Positions 60,964-64,000 of a DNA stretch of 64,000 bases are shown piece by piece (the stretch's first letter is position 1; each line of letters begins with the position of its first letter). Source of the stretch: Candidatus Latescibacterota bacterium (GTDB taxonomy: Bacteria > Latescibacterota > UBA2968); NCBI GenBank assembly GCA_965204375.1, contig OZ241986.1:2656001-2720000 (forward strand), read 5' to 3'. The notes below the pieces were generated by a model that worked only from the letters and a program-made list of their open reading frames with translations, was not told where the DNA came from and made no database searches. The translations under genes and the position numbers were made by a program.

Positions 60964-63729
60964 ATGGCAGACAAAACCCTGTACTTATTAGACGGCATGG
61001 CACTGGTCTATCGCGGGCATTTTGCAATGATACGCAATCCGCGGATGACATCGAAAGGACTGAACACCTCGTCGTTATTCGTCTTTGCCAATACCCTATT
61101 GGATATTTTGGGCAACACACAGCCCTCGCATTTGGCCGTGGTCTTCGACACGCCAGAACCGACATTTCGGGACGAGATATACAAAGAATACAAGGCACAA
61201 CGAGAAAAAATGCCCGAAGACATAAGTGGCGCGCTACCCTACATCAACCAAATGTGTGAAGCGTTCAACGTGCCCGTCATCCGCAAACCCGGCTATGAAG
61301 CCGACGACGTAATCGGCACACTGGCAAAAATAGCCGAAAAGGACGACTTCACAACGTATATGGTAACCCCCGATAAAGACTACGCACAACTCGTCTCAAA
61401 CAAGACATTCATCAGCAAACCTGGACGCACGGGCGATGGCGCTGAGATTTTAGGCGTTCCGGAGGTACTGGAACAATGGGAAATAGAGCGTGTGGATCAG
61501 GTCATCGACATGTTGGGACTGATGGGTGATTCGAGTGATAATGTGCCGGGCATACCGGGCATAGGGCCAAAAACCGCACAAAAACTGATCGCCCAATACG
61601 ACAGTGTGGAGGGACTACTCGACCACATTGATGAATTGAAAGGCAAACAAAAAGAAAATGTAGAGACATATCGCGATCAGGCCCTACTATCAAAGGAATT
61701 GGTCACCATCCATCTCAACGTACCCTTGGACTTTGGATTAGATGACCTCGCGGTAAAAAAACGAGACGAACAAAAATTGAAAACCCTGTTCGCAGAACTG
61801 GAATTCAGCACACTGGGCAAGCGGCTATTTGGAAATGATTTTAATATAGATCAGCAACAGATCTCGCTCTTCGGCGATGATACAGCGCTGGACGGCGTAT
61901 CAACACACAAAACCATTGCAGATGTCGAACACACATACCACCTCGTAGATACGCCGGAAAAGCGCGCATCATTGATCAAAAAATTGGCACAGCAAAAGGC
62001 GTTTTGTTTTGATACAGAAACAACGGGACTAAACCCGAGAACATGTGAATTGCTCGGCCTCGCCTTTTCATTTCAACCGCACACGGGATATTACGTGCCA
62101 ATGCCAGAAGACCCGGATAAAAATAAGGCCGTATTGGAAGAATTCCGCGGCATTCTGGAAAATCCTGACACGGAGAAAATCGGGCACCATCTCAAATTTG
62201 ACCTCGCCGTCTTATTGTGGCAAGGCATCAGGGTTCAAGGGCCGTTTTTTGATACCATGCTCGCCGCTTATGTAACCGCACCTGAAATGCGTCTCAATAT
62301 GAATGCTCTATCGCTGGCATTATTGGATTATGAACCCATTAAAATTGAGTCTTTAATCGGCGAAAAAGAAAAAGGCAAAAAACAAAAAACCCTGCGCGAA
62401 GTCCCTCTGGACAAAGTAGCAGAATACGCGGCCCAAGATGCGGACATCACCTTGCAACTCGCCGAAGCTCTGCGTCCCAAAATCAAAGAAATGGGACAAA
62501 CGCGCGTATTTGAAGACATAGAATGCCCGCTGGTATCTGTACTGGCGCAAATGGAATACGAAGGCATTCGTATGGAAGCATCAGTTATCGAAGTACTCTC
62601 GGAAGATCTGAAAGATGAATTAGTCGCCATCCAAAGGCGTATTTACGACCTGGCCGATGAAACATTTAACCTGAACTCACCCAAACAATTGGGCGATATC
62701 CTATTTGAAAAATTAAAACTCGATCCCAATGCACCGCGCACAGGTAAGACAAAGCAGTATAAGACAGATGAATCAACTTTACAACGGTTGGAGCACAAAC
62801 ACGAGATAGTGAAGCAAATTTTGGATTATCGCACTTATGCAAAACTAAAATCCACCTATCTGGATATGTTGCCGGGAACCATCTTTAAAAATACCGGGCG
62901 CGTCCACACGCATTACGAGCAGGCCGTCACGGCCACCGGACGGTTGCAATCGCACGGACCAAATCTGCAAAATATTCCCATTCGCACGGAAAAGGGACGC
63001 GAAATTCGCAAAGCCTTTGTACCTCGCAATGAAAATTACACCCTCTTGTCAGCAGACTATTCACAAATTGAATTGCGCGTAGCGGCCGAACTGAGTCGAG
63101 ATGAAGAGATGCACAGGGCATTTCGGGAAGGGCTGGATATCCACGCGGCAACCGCAATGAAAATTTACGGATTGGATGAACGCGATGTAACCGACGACAT
63201 GCGTCGGCAAGCAAAAACCGTAAACTTTGGTATAATTTATGGAATTTCGGCCTTTGGCCTGGCGCAACGCCTGAATATTCCGCGCTATGAAGCCAGTAAT
63301 TTAATCGAGCAATATTTTGAACAATTTCCCGGTGCCAAAAAGTACATGGATGACACCATTGAATTTGCGCGAGAACACGGGTATGTGGAAACCATGGCGG
63401 GACGCAGGCGATATCTGCGGGATATCCACTCGCGCAATGCCACCACGCGCAAAAGTGCCGAGCGCAACGCAATCAACTCGCGGATTCAGGGTTCAGCGGC
63501 CGACATGATTAAAATTGCGATGCGCCGCGTCCAGGATGCCTTGTTTGAACGGGACTTAAAAACGCGCATGCTGCTACAAGTACACGACGAACTCGTCTTT
63601 GACATGCACAAAGACGAAGCCGATATCGTGATGCCACTAATCGAAGACGCGATGAAAAATGCCCTGCCAATGTCCGTGCCAATTGTCGTGGAAATGGGCA
63701 TGGGAAATACCTGGCTGGAAGCGCATTGA
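60964..63729 (+). CDS. polA: DNA polymerase I
   Basis: 5'-3' exo (EADD, GDSSDN), 3'-5' exo (FDTETT), polymerase motifs DYSQIELR, KTVNFGIIYG, QVHDE. Confidence 0.98.
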   Translation: MADKTLYLLDGMALVYRGHFAMIRNPRMTSKGLNTSSLFVFANTLLDILGNTQPSHLAVVFDTPEPTFRDEIYKEYKAQREKMPEDISGALPYINQMCEAFNVPVIRKPGYEADDVIGTLAKIAEKDDFTTYMVTPDKDYAQLVSNKTFISKPGRTGDGAEILGVPEVLEQWEIERVDQVIDMLGLMGDSSDNVPGIPGIGPKTAQKLIAQYDSVEGLLDHIDELKGKQKENVETYRDQALLSKELVTIHLNVPLDFGLDDLAVKKRDEQKLKTLFAELEFSTLGKRLFGNDFNIDQQQISLFGDDTALDGVSTHKTIADVEHTYHLVDTPEKRASLIKKLAQQKAFCFDTETTGLNPRTCELLGLAFSFQPHTGYYVPMPEDPDKNKAVLEEFRGILENPDTEKIGHHLKFDLAVLLWQGIRVQGPFFDTMLAAYVTAPEMRLNMNALSLALLDYEPIKIESLIGEKEKGKKQKTLREVPLDKVAEYAAQDADITLQLAEALRPKIKEMGQTRVFEDIECPLVSVLAQMEYEGIRMEASVIEVLSEDLKDELVAIQRRIYDLADETFNLNSPKQLGDILFEKLKLDPNAPRTGKTKQYKTDESTLQRLEHKHEIVKQILDYRTYAKLKSTYLDMLPGTIFKNTGRVHTHYEQAVTATGRLQSHGPNLQNIPIRTEKGREIRKAFVPRNENYTLLSADYSQIELRVAAELSRDEEMHRAFREGLDIHAATAMKIYGLDERDVTDDMRRQAKTVNFGIIYGISAFGLAQRLNIPRYEASNLIEQYFEQFPGAKKYMDDTIEFAREHGYVETMAGRRRYLRDIHSRNATTRKSAERNAINSRIQGSAADMIKIAMRRVQDALFERDLKTRMLLQVHDELVFDMHKDEADIVMPLIEDAMKNALPMSVPIVVEMGMGNTWLEAH

Positions 63730-63743
63730 AAAATGGAAAACAC

Positions 63744-64000
63744 ATGTTCAACTGGCTCAAAAAACTATTCGCCCCTCCTGTCGAACACCTGCCCCAACTC
63801 GAAATGTTTCGCGATCACCTCAATGACCTGCCCGAAATTCAGCACATTATCGGCTATGCCACACGCACCTATCGTTCGGGTGACGAAGCCGCCTGGTGTC
63901 GCATTATGGAAGGCAATGTGGGCAGCAACTGGACAACGGAGAAATGCCGGGCGCAATTGATCCGCGACCCTCGCTTCCAGGCAGAGAACCTCTTTTTCAT
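63744..64000 (+). CDS. GNAT-family acetyltransferase, N-terminal part (runs off the window edge)
   Basis: Manually translated; not in ORF track: MFNWLKKLFAPPVEHLPQLEMFRDHLNDLPEIQHIIGYATRTYRSGDEAAWCRIM. Confidence 0.6.
   Translation, partial: MFNWLKKLFAPPVEHLPQLEMFRDHLNDLPEIQHIIGYATRTYRSGDEAAWCRIMEGNVGSNWTTEKCRAQLIRDPRFQAENLFF

Noticed and set aside
63733-63960. 75-aa ORF after polA in the track
   Set aside because: The frame starting at ATG 63744 is open to the edge and looks like a GNAT.

Overview
A 64-kb bacterial chromosomal window. The PorV-type and DUF4296-like proteins, sulfatases and PhyH dioxygenase fit an FCB-group-like, possibly sponge-associated bacterium, but taxonomy cannot be settled from this window. 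Most of it is housekeeping: glnA; uppS-cdsA-dxr-rseP; a dcw cluster (mraZ to ftsZ) lacking mraY, murD, murG and ddl; sulfatases; a sugar-acid catabolic cluster; fmt-yajC-tgt; polA. The main finding is an AT-richer ~14-kb accessory island (46.0-60.3 kb) between an FKBP PPIase gene and the MORN-repeat/polA genes. It holds a co-oriented BREX-like cluster: a 4x RNAP alpha-CTD + sigma-region-4 + HARE-HTH protein, a GNAT-TGT (DpdA-like) fusion, a winged-helix protein, a small P-loop ATPase, a BrxC-like large ATPase, a PglZ-like phosphoesterase and a HerA-like ATPase. No PglX-type methyltransferase is present, so this is a candidate defence system marking DNA with a (possibly acylated) 7-deazaguanine. 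A vapBC pair and a SAM-dependent methyltransferase-like gene follow, and a ~210-bp degenerate direct repeat brackets the ATPase/PglZ/HerA block. Also seen: a temptin-like CxxCH secreted protein missing from the ORF track, and a family of ~100-145-bp inverted-heptamer elements at gene ends. No rRNA, tRNA, CRISPR array, integrase or transposase was recognised. All family calls are by motif recognition; no searches were run.
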